Source of the DNA: an uncultured delta proteobacterium
GTDB lineage: Bacteria; Desulfobacterota; WTBG01; CAIYCZ01; CAIRTM01
NCBI GenBank assembly: GCA_963804955.1
Contig: CAWDSQ010000019.1
Coordinates: 1 to 54,540, forward strand
Reading direction: 5' to 3'
DNA length: 54,540 bases
A program made the translations under genes and the position numbers. Positions 20,075 through 31,686 of this stretch are shown piece by piece (within the stretch, counting starts at the first letter, position 1; each line of letters opens with the position of its first letter). The notes under the pieces were generated by a model. That model was not told where the DNA came from. It worked only from the letters and a program-made list of their open reading frames with translations, and did no database searches.

Positions 20075-21886
20075 ATGGCTTCCTCTTTTCTCCCGATTTC
20101 AAAAGATGATCTGCGCCGCCGCGGGCTGCGTGAGCTTGACGTGATCATCGTCACGGGCGACGCCTATGTCGATCACCCTGCCTATGGCGCAGCCGTTATC
20201 GGCAGGGTGCTGGAGGCCGAAGGCTTCACGGTCGGCATCATTGCCCAGCCCGACTGGCATGACACGAAAGATTTCATGCGCCTGGGCAGGCCGCGCCTCT
20301 TTTTCGGCATCACCTCGGGCAATGTCGATTCAATGGTTGCCAACTATACAGCCGCCAAACGGCGGCGCAAGCTGGATGACTACTCGCCGGGCGGCAAAGC
20401 CGGGCTGCGGCCCGACCGGGCCGTAACCGTTTATGCCAACCGGCTGCGCGAGGCATTCCCCGGCGTGCCCCTGGTTCTTGGCGGCATTGAGGCAAGCATG
20501 CGCCGCCTTGCCCATTATGATTACTGGGACAATAAGGTGCGGCGCTCGGTGCTGGTGGACAGCCGTGGCGATATTCTCGTCTACGGCATGGGCGAAACAC
20601 AGATGATTGAGATTGCCCGCAGGCTTGCCAAAGGTGAGCAGGCCGGCGATCTTGACACGATCCGCGGCACCGCCGTTATCCGCAGGGACACCGGCAAGCT
20701 GAAGAATCCGCTTTTGCTGCCGTCTTTTGAAGAGGCTGGCAGCCGATACCAAAAAATTCAACGAGGCATTCCGCCTTATCTATAATGAGCAGAACCCCCT
20801 TACCGCCCGGCCTCTTGTGCAAAAGCACGGCGACCGGTATGTTGTCTGCTTTCCGCCGCCGCTGCCGCTTGCCGCCGCAGAAGCTTGACCGGATGTATGA
20901 ACTTCCGTATCAGCGGCGCTGGCACCCGGCCTATGACCGCGAAAAAGTTCCGGGCCTTGAAACCGTTAGATTTTCTCTGACAACGCATCGGGGCTGCACG
21001 GGCCAGTGCAGCTTCTGCTCGCTGTACTTTCATCAGGGCCGCATGGTCCAGAGCAGGAGCCCGCAGTCAATCGTGCGCGAAGCCCGTCGCCTGACCCGCC
21101 TGCCCGAGTTTAAGGGCACCATCACCGATATGGGTGGCCCCACGGCTAATCTGTATGGCGCAGCCTGCAAAAAGTGGCCCGCAGAAGGCTACTGCGGCAA
21201 TCGAGGCTGCCTGTATCCCCGGCCTCTGCAAAAATCTGGAGCTTAACCTGGACAAAAGCCTGGCCCTGTACCGCGCGGTGCGCGAACTGCCGGGAGTCAA
21301 CCATGCCTTTATCGGCAGCGGCATCCGCTTTGATCTAGTGACGGGGCCTGCTGCCGGGCCCTGGCTTGAAGAGGTATGCCGTCATCATATCAGCGGGCGG
21401 ATGAAGGTCGCACCCGAGCACACGGTGGAGCATGTGCTGCAGCTTATGGGCAAACCGCCCGTGACTGTATATGAGGATTTCCTGAAGCAGTTTACACAAG
21501 CAAATAAAAAGCTGCCGCAGAAGTGCCATCTGGTCAATTATTTTATCTGCGGCCATCCCGGAACGACGCTGCGCGATGCTTTTGATTTTGCCCAGTACCT
21601 TATAAGCCGAGGCATGCAGCCCGAGCAGGTTCAGGACTTTACGCCGCTTCCGATGACCCTGTCGGGGTGCATGTATTATACGGGCAGTCACCCGATCACG
21701 GGCGAGCAGGTCTATGTGCCCCGCAGCGAGCGGGAACGCATGATGCAGCGGGCACTGGTGCAGTATCGTAACCCTGCCAACAGCGACCTCATTCGGGAAG
21801 CTCTCCGTGAACTGGGGACCGAGCACCTGGGGGCGAAGTTTTTCAGAAAGGGTATTTACGAAAAAACCAGCGGGGGCAGGCGGTGA
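20075..21886 (+). CDS. YgiQ-family radical SAM protein (UPF0313; several frameshifts)
   Basis: VTGDAYVDHP, GNVDSMVANYT, GGIEASMRRLAHYDYW, HRGCTGQCSFC, VAPEH, QVQDFTPLP. Confidence 0.9.
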
Positions 21887-23158
21887 TGTTCGACGTTGCC
21901 ATAATCGGGGCCGGCCCGGCAGGACTGCTGGCGGCAAAGACCGCTGCCCAGCGCGGGCTGAAAGTGGCGCTGGTTGAAAAGCGCCGTGATGTGTCCCGTA
22001 TTACGCGGGCCTGTTGTCAGCAGCTTGTCATGGACGCGGGCTATGCAGGCGATACGGTGTCAATGGAGGAGGGCGGCATATTTTTTCAGCGCGGGGGCTT
22101 TGGCGTTCCCTATGACGGGCCGACCTTCAATGTGGCGAAAAAATATTATATTTCCCCCGGCGGCCGGCGCATCTGCTTTGCCCACACCGACGGCAGGCCC
22201 CTTGCCGTGCAATTTGACAAGGGCAGGCTTTTGCAGGGCCTGTGGAACAGCTGCGCCAGAGCCGGCGTTGAGCTTATGCCCGGCGCCACGGCATGGAATG
22301 GCTCCGATGACGGCAAGAAGGTTACGGTGCAGCTTACGCGCCGGGGAATGCGATCAACCATAGAGGCAAAGAAGATACTTATCGCCGACGGCGTCAATTC
22401 GCGCATGGCCGAGGCACTGGGCATGAATCAGGGCCGCACGCATTTTGTGACCACCCAGTGCGTCATCTATCTGCTTGAGGGCGTTGAAGACCTTGAGCCG
22501 CGGGCCATGAAGAGCTTCATGGGCAATGTCTATCAGTCGCGCGCGCCGATCATCCTGTATCCTTATTTTAGTGATACGTCCAGGGCGCGCATGTGCATAG
22601 CGCGCAACAAAACCCAGCTCACCGGTGAGGTTTTTGCCTATGCCAGAGACAAGGCGGCCCTTGCCCCCTATCTGAAAAATGCCCGCATCGTCAAGACGAC
22701 TGGCTGCGGCCTGAAGGCCTGCTCCTCCATGATGCAGCCCTGGCGCGGCAATGCCCTTGCCATCGGCGATGCGGCGGCTTTTGTTGAGGTGGAGACGCAG
22801 GGCGCGCTCATGTGCGGCTTTTATGCTGCGTCCGCGGTGTTCACGGAGCTTGCCGGCCAGCCTGGTTTTGCCCAGTATACGCAGTGGTGGCAGCGGGCAT
22901 TTGAGTTCAACGGCCCCGACGCACTGCGCGTGGCGCAGGGCTATGCCCTGGTGCCGGCCTACAGCGATGATGAGCTTGATTATCTTTTCGGCCTTGTTGA
23001 GGGAGAGGCGCTGCCCGGCAGCTACAGCCAGTACCATACGCCAAAATACATGTGGGACGCCATCCTTGCCCACCGGGAGCAGATTTCACAGCGAACGGCC
23101 GGAGCTGTTGAAGAAGATCGAGTCGAGCATGCAGCGCACGCTCAATGACACGCTGTAG
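21883..23158 (+). CDS. FAD-dependent oxidoreductase, geranylgeranyl reductase/FixC-like (frameshift near C-terminus)
   Basis: DVAIIGAGPAG Rossmann motif, ADGVNS, IGDAA; overlaps the ygiQ stop. Confidence 0.8.
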
Positions 23159-23175
23159 AAAGAAAAGGATACCGC

Positions 23176-23352
23176 ATGGCCATTCATGTTAATACGGATC
23201 TCTGCATCGGCTGCGGCTGCTGCGGCGAGGTCTGCCCGCAGGGCGCGCTTGAACTTGAGGAGAAAGCCGTGTCGGTTGAAGAATTTTGCGTTTCCTGCGG
23301 CGCCTGTATCGAAATGTGTCCGGTCGGAGCACTATCGCTGCCGGAGCAATAA
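23176..23352 (+). CDS. 2x[4Fe-4S] ferredoxin (58 aa; missed by the ORF track)
   Basis: MAIHVNTDLCIGCGCCGEVCPQGAL..FCVSCGACIEMCPVGALSLPEQ: two CxxCxxCxxxCP motifs; AAGGA SD. Confidence 0.92.
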   Translation: MAIHVNTDLCIGCGCCGEVCPQGALELEEKAVSVEEFCVSCGACIEMCPVGALSLPEQ

Positions 23353-23413
23353 TTTTCAGCGCGCCGTTGTTGTCGCGCCTTTTCCGGCGTATATATAATA
23401 AGATAAACCCGGC

Positions 23414-24430
23414 ATGAAAGCCGATCCGGAAAGGTTTATAGTATGCCGACAGAACAGCAATCCTCACAGTACCGTACACAACCGATACACCTGCTCTGGC
23501 TTCGCCCTGATTTTAACACTTCTTACAAGCTGCAAACCCGCTACTCTTTCAGGGTTTCCGGATTTTATCACTAAAAACAAAGATTATTTTATAACCCGCA
23601 TCGATGCTGTCCCCTCAATCGACGCGGTTTCATACGGGCTAAAAGTAAGCGGGCTGGTGCATGCGCCCGGCACCTGGTCGATCCCCGAACTTCGGCTGCT
23701 CAAACAGGTGTCGCTGCCGGTAACCATTGAGTGCATCGGCAATCAGCCCGGCGGCCCTTTGATCGGCACCGCTGTTTGGAAGGGCTTTAAGGTCTATGAT
23801 TTTCTTGTAGCACTCGGGCTTGACCAACGCGCAACCGGGGTAAAATATACAGCCGCTGACGGCTACTTTGCCTCGCATACGCTCGATCAGCTGAAAAACG
23901 GCCCGGTGATCGGAGCTCTGTATATGAACGGCAGCCCACTGCCGCCGGAGCAGGGCTTTCCGCTCAGGATTATAAATCCGGGTTTTTACGGGGCAAAGCA
24001 GCCGGCCTGGGTGGTTGAAATTGAAGTGATTGACGGCCAGCCCGAGGATTTCTGGGATGACCGGGGGTGGGACACAAGTCCGGCCATGGCGGTTGATTCC
24101 ACCATATTTTTCCCTGAGAACAACAGCACCGTCCGGGCAGGCAGTCTTGTGCAGATTGGCGGTGCGGCATTCGGCGGTAAAAGAATCAAGCGCGTTGAAG
24201 TGTCCGCCGATGGCGGCGCGAGCTGGCAGGAGGCCGATATCATAAAAAGCATAAACGCCGATAATGTCTGGGTGTTTTGGAAAACGGAGGTGGTATATAC
24301 CGCTCCGGGAATCCACACCCTCAGGAGCCGCTCAACCGACTGCAGCGATATCGTGCAGCCCGAAGCCGATCCGGTTATTTTAGACGGCAGCAGCAGCCAG
24401 CCCGCTATCAGCCTGAATGTGGTTCAATAA
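23414..24430 (+). CDS. Molybdopterin-dependent oxidoreductase, sulfite oxidase family, with C-terminal Ig-like dimerisation domain
   Basis: TIECIGN (Mo-ligating Cys), IGTAVWKG, EQGFPLR, GFYGAKQPAW, RVEVSADGGASW. Confidence 0.85.
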   Translation: MKADPERFIVCRQNSNPHSTVHNRYTCSGFALILTLLTSCKPATLSGFPDFITKNKDYFITRIDAVPSIDAVSYGLKVSGLVHAPGTWSIPELRLLKQVSLPVTIECIGNQPGGPLIGTAVWKGFKVYDFLVALGLDQRATGVKYTAADGYFASHTLDQLKNGPVIGALYMNGSPLPPEQGFPLRIINPGFYGAKQPAWVVEIEVIDGQPEDFWDDRGWDTSPAMAVDSTIFFPENNSTVRAGSLVQIGGAAFGGKRIKRVEVSADGGASWQEADIIKSINADNVWVFWKTEVVYTAPGIHTLRSRSTDCSDIVQPEADPVILDGSSSQPAISLNVVQ

Positions 24431-24500
24431 GATGCAAGCGGCGCCCGGGCAGCAGGCGCTTTTCCCGCAATTATAATCCGGGCATGCCATCCACTTTTCA

Positions 24501-24950
24501 TTATATTTTCATCAAGCCCTGCATGAGTATCGCAACCACGAGCGACAAAATAGCATAAAACTCGGGGAAGGCCGCCAGCACCAGCGTCTGCCCGAACACA
24601 TTGTGGCCGCCGGCATAGGCCGCGATACCGCTGGCGCAGATTTTCCCCTGATAAATAGCAGAAATAAAGCAGGCTACTCCCATGGCAAGACCTGCTCCCA
24701 GCACCACGCCGCCCTGCCAGGTGGTGAGATTTGAATTGATTAAGCCGCTGTACATCACAAAGCCCACAAACCCGTACAGGCCCTGCGTTGCAGGAGCTGC
24801 GGCCATGGCAAGGCCGATGCCATAGGCCTCGGGCTTTTTCTTGATGAGCCCCATGACCGCCTGCCCGGCAATCACCAGGCCAACGGCTGAGCCTGCACCC
24901 GCACAACCAACCATCACTCCCAAACCGATCATTGCAAGCACGACACCCAT
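24501..24950 (-). CDS. ntpK: V/A-type ATPase subunit K (rotor proteolipid, 4 TM)
   Basis: PATQGLYG, SAIYQG and PEFYAIL motifs of a duplicated c subunit. Confidence 0.92.
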   Translation of the reverse strand: MGVVLAMIGLGVMVGCAGAGSAVGLVIAGQAVMGLIKKKPEAYGIGLAMAAAPATQGLYGFVGFVMYSGLINSNLTTWQGGVVLGAGLAMGVACFISAIYQGKICASGIAAYAGGHNVFGQTLVLAAFPEFYAILSLVVAILMQGLMKI

Positions 24951-24999
24951 ATGCCTATCCTCCTATCATGTTATGGGCGGGCGGCTGCGCCCGACCCTT

Positions 25000-26898
25000 T
25001 TATTTTACTTTTGAAAACGGATTATACGGCCTGCCGCCGCCTTTGAAATCAAGATTTTTATAAAACTCCACGAAGGTCAGGCGCAGCGGATGCACAAAGG
25101 CGCCGACGATTGAAAGAATCAGATTGAGCAGGTGCCCCACGATCAGCAGCAGGATCGTTCCGACGATCAGCGGCGAGCCATAGTGCACGACATCGTCGCG
25201 GGTTATGAGCATGAAGGCGATTTTGTTAAACGATGCCCCCAGCAGGCCGCCTGCAAGCCCCAGGGCAAAAAGGCGCAGATAGGAAAGAATGTCGCCGAGC
25301 GCGCCCGTGGCAAACCCGTACAGTTCCCAGATGCCCAAAGGCAGGCGAAGGCCGATTTTTTTATCCGGGTTGTTGAAGCAGAACAGCAGCGCAAGGCCGC
25401 CCCAGGTCAGCACCTGCCCGACTATCAGAGGAATTGCCATGATCAGCAGGCCGATTTTTGCCGAGCCAATTGAGAAGTCGGCAATGCCGAGCTTCAAAAA
25501 ATTGGTGTGGCCGGCCCAGACTATGCTGCCGCAGATGCACAGCATATAGGAAATGGGCTGCAGGCCGAAAATAAAACCCGAGTTTTTAATGCAGGTGATG
25601 CTGCGAAGGGTCAGCGCCAGCATTATTTGCAGAAACCCCAGCAGCAGGGCAAAGCTCATCATGGGGAATATGGCGCCCCGTGGTCCCGGCTGCGGGGTCA
25701 GGGGCGCGAAATAGGGTGCTCCCCAGGACAGCAGCGCGCCATCCGGCGGTATGCCGGGCCCGCCGAAAACCGTCATGCCGAAAAAGCTGTTGAGCAGCAT
25801 GCCGCCAAGCATGGTGGCGCCACCGAGCACCATGAGCAGTTTACAATAAGGCCGGTAGCCCGCTGCGCCGAATTTGAAGGCACAGGCAGCCGCACTCAGA
25901 ATGATAGCCCCGTAGCCCATGTCTGCCATGCACAGCCCCACATACAGGCTGAAAAAAGGGGCAAAAAAAGGCGTGGGGTCGACTTCGCCATACACGGGCA
26001 AAGAAAAAAGCCTGGTAATGGGCTCGAAGAGCCGGGTAAAAGCGTCATTTTTCAGCAGCACCGGCACATCGTCGTCAGGGGCCGGGTCGTAAAAACCGTA
26101 CCAGGCTGAAAAGCGATGAAGAAACAGGGCCAGGCTTTTTTCTTTGTCCGCGGGCAGCCAGCCCGTAAGGCTGATCAGAGAGCCGGCAGCCTGCTCCTGC
26201 AGGTCAAGGGCTGTGGACAGGCGGCGGTGGAGATCATGCTGCCGCCGGGAGTATTCCGCGAGGGTTTCCCTGTGGCAGGCAAGCTCGTCGATATCAGCCT
26301 GCACAGCTGCAATTTCTTTTTTCAGCGCTTCGCCGGCGTCACGGATCTCGCTTAATGAACGGTTGGGCGGGAACAGTTCCATGGCGTCAAGGGGTACCTG
26401 CTCGCCGCGGTCCGCCACGATGAAGTAGACCATATCGGGAAGGCTCAGCACCGGCTCGATGGCGCAGGCCTCGCGGTCAAGAGCAGCGAACTTGCGCGGC
26501 CCGGTTTTGAAAAATCGTATTTTTATGCCCCGGGAGGCAAGCTTTTCAATAATACCGGGATCAAACTCGCCCCAGGGCAGCAGGGCCGCCTCATCCTTTG
26601 CCGACTGCTGCAGGCTGTGGTGAAGCCCGTGAAATGCACCCTCAAGAGACTCAAACCGCTCCAGTACCGCGGCTCCATCAAGCCCTGCACCCTGCAGCGG
26701 CTGGTGGGCAATGCCGCCCAGCACCGCAAGCGCGTGCTCGCAGCGCTTCACCAGCTCCGCCGTCTTCTGCAGCGAAGCGGGGTTCTTGTCCGGATTTTCG
26801 ACAATATGCACTACGCCCATCTCCTGCAGCTCATGCAGAAAGGCCTCTTTCTCGCGGTGATACAGCAGCAGATCGAGCCTGCGCATGACGGTGATCAT
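25000..26898 (-). CDS. ntpI: V/A-type ATPase subunit I
   Basis: PVLLKN..FEPIT, EVDPTP, DILSYLRLFALGLAG (essential Arg), HPLRLTFVEF. Confidence 0.95.
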   Translation of the reverse strand: MITVMRRLDLLLYHREKEAFLHELQEMGVVHIVENPDKNPASLQKTAELVKRCEHALAVLGGIAHQPLQGAGLDGAAVLERFESLEGAFHGLHHSLQQSAKDEAALLPWGEFDPGIIEKLASRGIKIRFFKTGPRKFAALDREACAIEPVLSLPDMVYFIVADRGEQVPLDAMELFPPNRSLSEIRDAGEALKKEIAAVQADIDELACHRETLAEYSRRQHDLHRRLSTALDLQEQAAGSLISLTGWLPADKEKSLALFLHRFSAWYGFYDPAPDDDVPVLLKNDAFTRLFEPITRLFSLPVYGEVDPTPFFAPFFSLYVGLCMADMGYGAIILSAAACAFKFGAAGYRPYCKLLMVLGGATMLGGMLLNSFFGMTVFGGPGIPPDGALLSWGAPYFAPLTPQPGPRGAIFPMMSFALLLGFLQIMLALTLRSITCIKNSGFIFGLQPISYMLCICGSIVWAGHTNFLKLGIADFSIGSAKIGLLIMAIPLIVGQVLTWGGLALLFCFNNPDKKIGLRLPLGIWELYGFATGALGDILSYLRLFALGLAGGLLGASFNKIAFMLITRDDVVHYGSPLIVGTILLLIVGHLLNLILSIVGAFVHPLRLTFVEFYKNLDFKGGGRPYNPFSKVK

Positions 26899-27494
26899 GC
26901 GGCCTCCTCGCGTGCCAGCCGCGCCTTGAGTATTTTTTGTGCAGATTTTGCCAGACTTTCCTCGTCTTCGAGAAAGCGCTTGATCTTGACGATGGCCTCG
27001 CGATAGGCCGGTATCTGAACCTTTTCGTACAGATTAACCTTCTGCGTCGTTTTCTTGCGCGCATGCTCCAGCACGGCCATTTTTTTGCGCGCAAGATCGA
27101 TTCTGGCGGACAACTCGGCAAGCTCTCTCAGCCGCTCGATGCCCGCGGGCACCCATGAAGGCTGGCTGAAAAGGCTGTAGCGCTCAACTGCAAACACCAC
27201 GCGCTCAAGAAGGGGCACCTTCACCCCTGCTATTTTTTTATCGGCGATCAGCACCTGCTCAACTGTTATAATTTTCTCCGGCAACTCATGCCACAGGGGA
27301 TAGGTGTCTGCCAGCGCCTCCGTGCGGGAGGCCAGCTCCTGCTCGAGCCGCTGGACCTCAATCCTCGCCTTGTGCACCTCAAGGCGCAGGGCCGCCTCTT
27401 TGGCAGCGAGCGTGGGCAGGGCGTTTTCCCGTACCCGCAGCTCGCGGGTGAGCTGCTGCAAATAGGTTTTATTATATTGAAATTGTATGGCCAT
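26895..27494 (-). CDS. ntpD: V/A-type ATPase subunit D
   Basis: MAIQFQYNKT..LPTL..KE..LR, KKTTQKVNLYEKVQIP. Confidence 0.95.
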   Translation of the reverse strand: MAIQFQYNKTYLQQLTRELRVRENALPTLAAKEAALRLEVHKARIEVQRLEQELASRTEALADTYPLWHELPEKIITVEQVLIADKKIAGVKVPLLERVVFAVERYSLFSQPSWVPAGIERLRELAELSARIDLARKKMAVLEHARKKTTQKVNLYEKVQIPAYREAIVKIKRFLEDEESLAKSAQKILKARLAREEAA

Positions 27495-27570
27495 GGCTTA
27501 AAACAGATTATTTATTACCTATAAAAATCCGACAATATTGCTCGCGAAAAATATTCAGGGTTACTCTTCC

Positions 27571-27634
27571 GTAGGGTGCGCCTCGCGCACCAGTATACAG
27601 AACGCATAATAACGGTGCGCGAGGCGCACCCTAC
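27571..27634. repeat. Inverted REP doublet inside the V-ATPase operon
   Basis: GTAGGGTGCGCCTCGCGCACC (27571-27591) and its exact reverse complement (27614-27634); a GTTGAAAAA/TTTTTCAAC pair follows. Confidence 0.85.
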
Positions 27635-27685
27635 AAAATTTTGGACGGGCGTTGAAAAACGCAATGGGGATTTTTCAACAGCCTG

Positions 27686-29026
27686 TCAGCAGATATCCGC
27701 TGTCCAGTATTTATCCATAAGCTCCTGCTTGATGCCGACCTCGTCCTGCGTAAAATGCCCGCTGAAGAGCTGCCAGGCAGTCTTGAGCATACTGTCAATA
27801 TCTATGTTGATATCGATGGCCAGCAGCTCGCGGGAGTACTCCTTGGCAAAGCGCAGCGTCCGCTGGTCGTAGTCGGTCAGATCGAAACCGTTTTCAAGCT
27901 TGGTTTTGGCGCTCGCGGCATCGGCGTACAGACGCACGCCGGCATTCATCACCTGCGGATGGTCTTCCCGCGTCTTTTTGCCGATGACCAGCTGCTTCAA
28001 TCGCGACAGGCTGCGGAACGGGTCGACGATGACGCTGGCGATATCGGTATCGCGGCGCAGGTACAGCTGCCCTTCGGTGATATAGCCGGTATTGTCGGGT
28101 ATCGCGTGCGTGATATCGCCGCCGATGAGCGTGGTGACGGCAATAATGGTGATCGAGCCACCGTCGGGGAACTGAACGGACTTTTCGTAGATCTTGGCCA
28201 GATCGCTGTACAGCGACCCCGGCATGCTGTCTTTGGAGGGTATCTGATCCATGCGGTTGGAAACGATACTCAAGCGCGTCGCAATACAGCGTCATGTCGG
28301 TCAGAGAGCACCAGCACCTTCTCGTTCTGGTCCACGGCGAAATATTCTGCCGCGGCCACGCCATGTCCGGGCATCAGCAGACGCTCGACCGGGGGATCGT
28401 CCGTGGTGTTCATGAAACAGATGATGCGTTCAAGCGCGCCGGCATTTTCAAACACAGCGTGCGGTAGTACAGATAGTCGTCGTTGCACATGCCCATGCCG
28501 CCCAGGATGATGACGGTCGGCGTTGGCCCGCAGCGCCACATCTGCCATGACCTGATTGAACGGCTGGTCCGGGTCGGCAAAGAAGGGTATTTTCTGGCCC
28601 GTGACAACAGCGTGTTATTAAGGTCGATGCCCGCGATGCCCGTGGCGATGAGCTCCGACGGCTGATTGCGCCGCACGGGATTGACCGATGGGGCCGCCGA
28701 TTTCGCGCTTTCGTGCCTTCGACTTCGGGGCCGCCGTCGATACGGGCTTCCGTAGGCATTGAAAAAACGGCCCGAAAGCTCTCGGCCCGACGTTGAGGGT
28801 CGGCGGTTCTGCCGAGAAACACCACCTCCACGTCCGTGGCGATCCCCTGCGTGCCGCGGAAACACCTGCAGGGTGACCAGGTCGCCGATAATCTTCACGA
28901 CCTGCGCCGGCCGGCCGTCGACAAACGCCATTTCTTCATTGCTACGCCTTCGGCCCGCAGGCTGCAGGTGGCCTTGGTGATCTTCTCAATACGGGTATAC
29001 ATCTTTTGAAAAGCCTTTGCCTTCAT
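27686..29026 (-). CDS. ntpB: V/A-type ATPase subunit B (many frameshifts in the 5' half)
   Basis: MKAKAFQKMYTRIEKITKATC, ELIATGIAGIDLNNTL, QIPSKDSMPGSLYSDLA, PDNTGYITEGQ, DPFRSLSRLKQ. Confidence 0.9.
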
Positions 29027-30791
29027 GCCATCCCTCCTTTCGGCAAGCAGGGTATCAATTCAGCTTCAAGCTCCTTGAACCGGCGGGCTGTGAAATTCCT
29101 GATAGTTCATCTGCCGCAGCAGGTTGATCAATTTTTTGAAATAATCGGCTATCTCGTCGAAATCCGTCAAACATTAAATGCCGTGTCGCAGAATGGAGAG
29201 AACACGGTTGACCATATACTGCTGCCGCCGCAGGGGCGTTGAGGCATCGACCGCATCAAAGGCGTCCTGTTGCAGTATGGCGAAATCAATGACCTCGGCC
29301 TTGTTGCAGGCGATATGATAGTCAAGCGGCACGCTGTCGTCTCCGAGGATATTGTATCTGATCGCTGGCTTCCTTGCCCCGCAGCAGGATATTCTTGAGC
29401 TGACCGCACCTTTGCGACCCAGCCCGGCTCGATAGTTTCATCGAAGATAGCGGATGCACCTCGTCGTATTCAAGATACTTGGAATAGCTGTCGATCGGGT
29501 CGATGGCCGGATAGCGCTTGCTGTCGGAGCGGGCCTGTGACAAGCGCGTAAAAAGCGCGCGCCACCTTTTTGGTCGATTCGGTCACCGGCTCCTTGAGAT
29601 TACCGCCGGCCGGGCTCACGGTGCCGATAAACGTGATGGAGCCGGTTTTGCCGTTGTTCAGGTTCGACAAAGCCCGGCACGGGCATAGAAATTGGCGATG
29701 ATAGCCGGCATATCCATGGGGAAGGCGTCGGTGCCGGGCAGCTCCTCCATGCGGTTTGACATTTCCCGCAGGGCCTGCGCCCAGCGCGAGGTCGAGTCCG
29801 CCAGCAGCAGCACCTTCAGGCCCATCTGGCGGTAGTATTCGGCGATGGTCATGCCCGTATAGACCGATGCCTCGCGCGAGGCCACCGGCATATTGGAGGT
29901 ATTGCAGATGATGATGGTGCGCTCCATGAGCTTGCGGCCGGTGCGCGGATCGTCGAGCTCCGGGAATTCGGTGAATATCTCCACCACTTCGTTGGCGCGC
30001 TCGCCGCAGGCCACCAGCACGATCAGGTCCGCCTCGGCATATTTCGAAATGGCATGCTGCAGCACGGTCTTGCCGCAGCCGAACGGGCCGGGAATAAAGC
30101 CGGTGCCGCCTTCGGCCATGGGATTGAGCGTGTCGATGATGCGGACGCCGGTTTCCATGATTTTACAGGGCCGGGGCTTGTCGGCATAGGCCCTGACTTC
30201 GACCTTCACGGGCCAGCGCATGATCATGTTCAGGCTGCGCTCCTGCCCGTCGGCATCGCAGACGACGGCGATGGTGTCGCTTGCGCGGTACACTCCCGGG
30301 GGCACTACCGACCGTACGGTGCCGGTGCCGGTATAGTCAAAGGGCACCATGATTTTGTGATCGATCCAGGCTTCCGTGACGCTGCCGAGCCAGTCTGCGG
30401 CCCTGACCGTGTCGCCGGGCTTGACCAGCGGGGTAAAATGCCACTGGGCGTTTTCATCAAGGGCGGGCGTATAATCACCGCGGGTCAGGAAAACGCCGGT
30501 CATGGCGTCAAGGTCATTCTGCAGGCCGTCATATTTTTTGGACAGCATGCCCGGCCCCAGCGTCACTTCCAGCATGTGGCCGGTGAACTCAACCGGGCAT
30601 CCCACGCGGAGCCCGCGGGTGCTCTCGAAAACCTGCGCATAGGCTATGTTGCCGCTGATTCTGATGACTTCGGCCATGAGCTTCGTGCCGTCCAGATCGA
30701 TCATGCAGATTTCATTCTGCGATACGGGACCATCGATTTCGATATTCGTCAGATTGGCTACTATGCCGATAACCGTTCCTGTACTCCCCAT
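29023..30791 (-). CDS. ntpA: V/A-type ATPase subunit A (frameshifts in the 3' third)
   Basis: Walker A GPFGCGKT, ACGERANE, LLADSTSRWAQALRE, VSPAGGNLKEPVT, KRYPAIDPIDSYSKY. Confidence 0.93.
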
Positions 30792-30836
30792 GCATCCTCC
30801 GTAAGGATTAAGATTTGATGTAGAAAGGCCCGCGGC

Positions 30837-31683
30837 TCATGCGGCTGCCTGCGCCGCGGGCTTGAGGCCCAGCAAAAGCTGCTCAAGGCGCTTGCGGCCT
30901 GTCTGCGGATCAAGGCCCGTCCAGCGCTCCACGATCATAAGCCGCAGGCAGAAGGCCAGCAGCGTTTCTATCTGGAAATAGGTGAATGTCGTGAGCTCGT
31001 CGAGCATGTCCCAGCGCAGCTGATCAAGGAGCCGCTCCCGCTGGATGAAGTCGTCCGCGGGCAGCAGCAGCACCTGCTCGATCCAGGGCAGCTGTTCGGC
31101 AAGGCCGAAATCCGGGGCTGCGCTGGCAAGCAGGCGCTCCTCCACATCGGTGCGCAAGATCAGCACCGACTCGAGGCACTTGAGATATTCCGGCTCCCGC
31201 TGCTGCAGATGCGGCATGCCCCGCCTGATCGCAAGGGCTGCCAGAATGTTTCGCAGCTGCAGCTCGAAAGTGAACCATGACGAGATGAACTCATTTTTAT
31301 GATGTGTCATATCCTCTAAAAAAAGCCACGTCAGCCGGTCGTCGCTGTTCAGATCCGGCAGCAGGAGCTCATCCTCGCGATACGCAGCGATGAATGCGCA
31401 CATATAGTCGGGCAGGGTTTCGGGGTTTGCCAGCTCAGCGGCTAAGCGCCTCGCGGTCATACGCGCCGCCGGGTTCAAACGGCCGGTCCAGTCTTTCAAG
31501 CAGGGTGATGAGGTTGCGGTTGTCACGGGGCAGCTGCAGCAGGCGCAGCAGCACTGCGTCATCAGGATGCACGAGCCCGGCGGTCTGAGCGATGAACCCG
31601 GCGGCGGAGAGGGGCAGGCGCGCGGCATCCGGGCTGATGTCGGCAAGGCCGGCTACAAGATCATAATAGTTTCGTGCCCACAC
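30837..31683 (-). CDS. DUF2764-family protein (putative V-ATPase subunit C; frameshifted)
   Basis: N-terminal NYYDLVAGL, WFTFELQLRNILAA, C-terminal LDQLRW..F..E.LLAF.LRL.IVERW; lies between E and A. Confidence 0.8.
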
Positions 31684-31686
31684 AGC

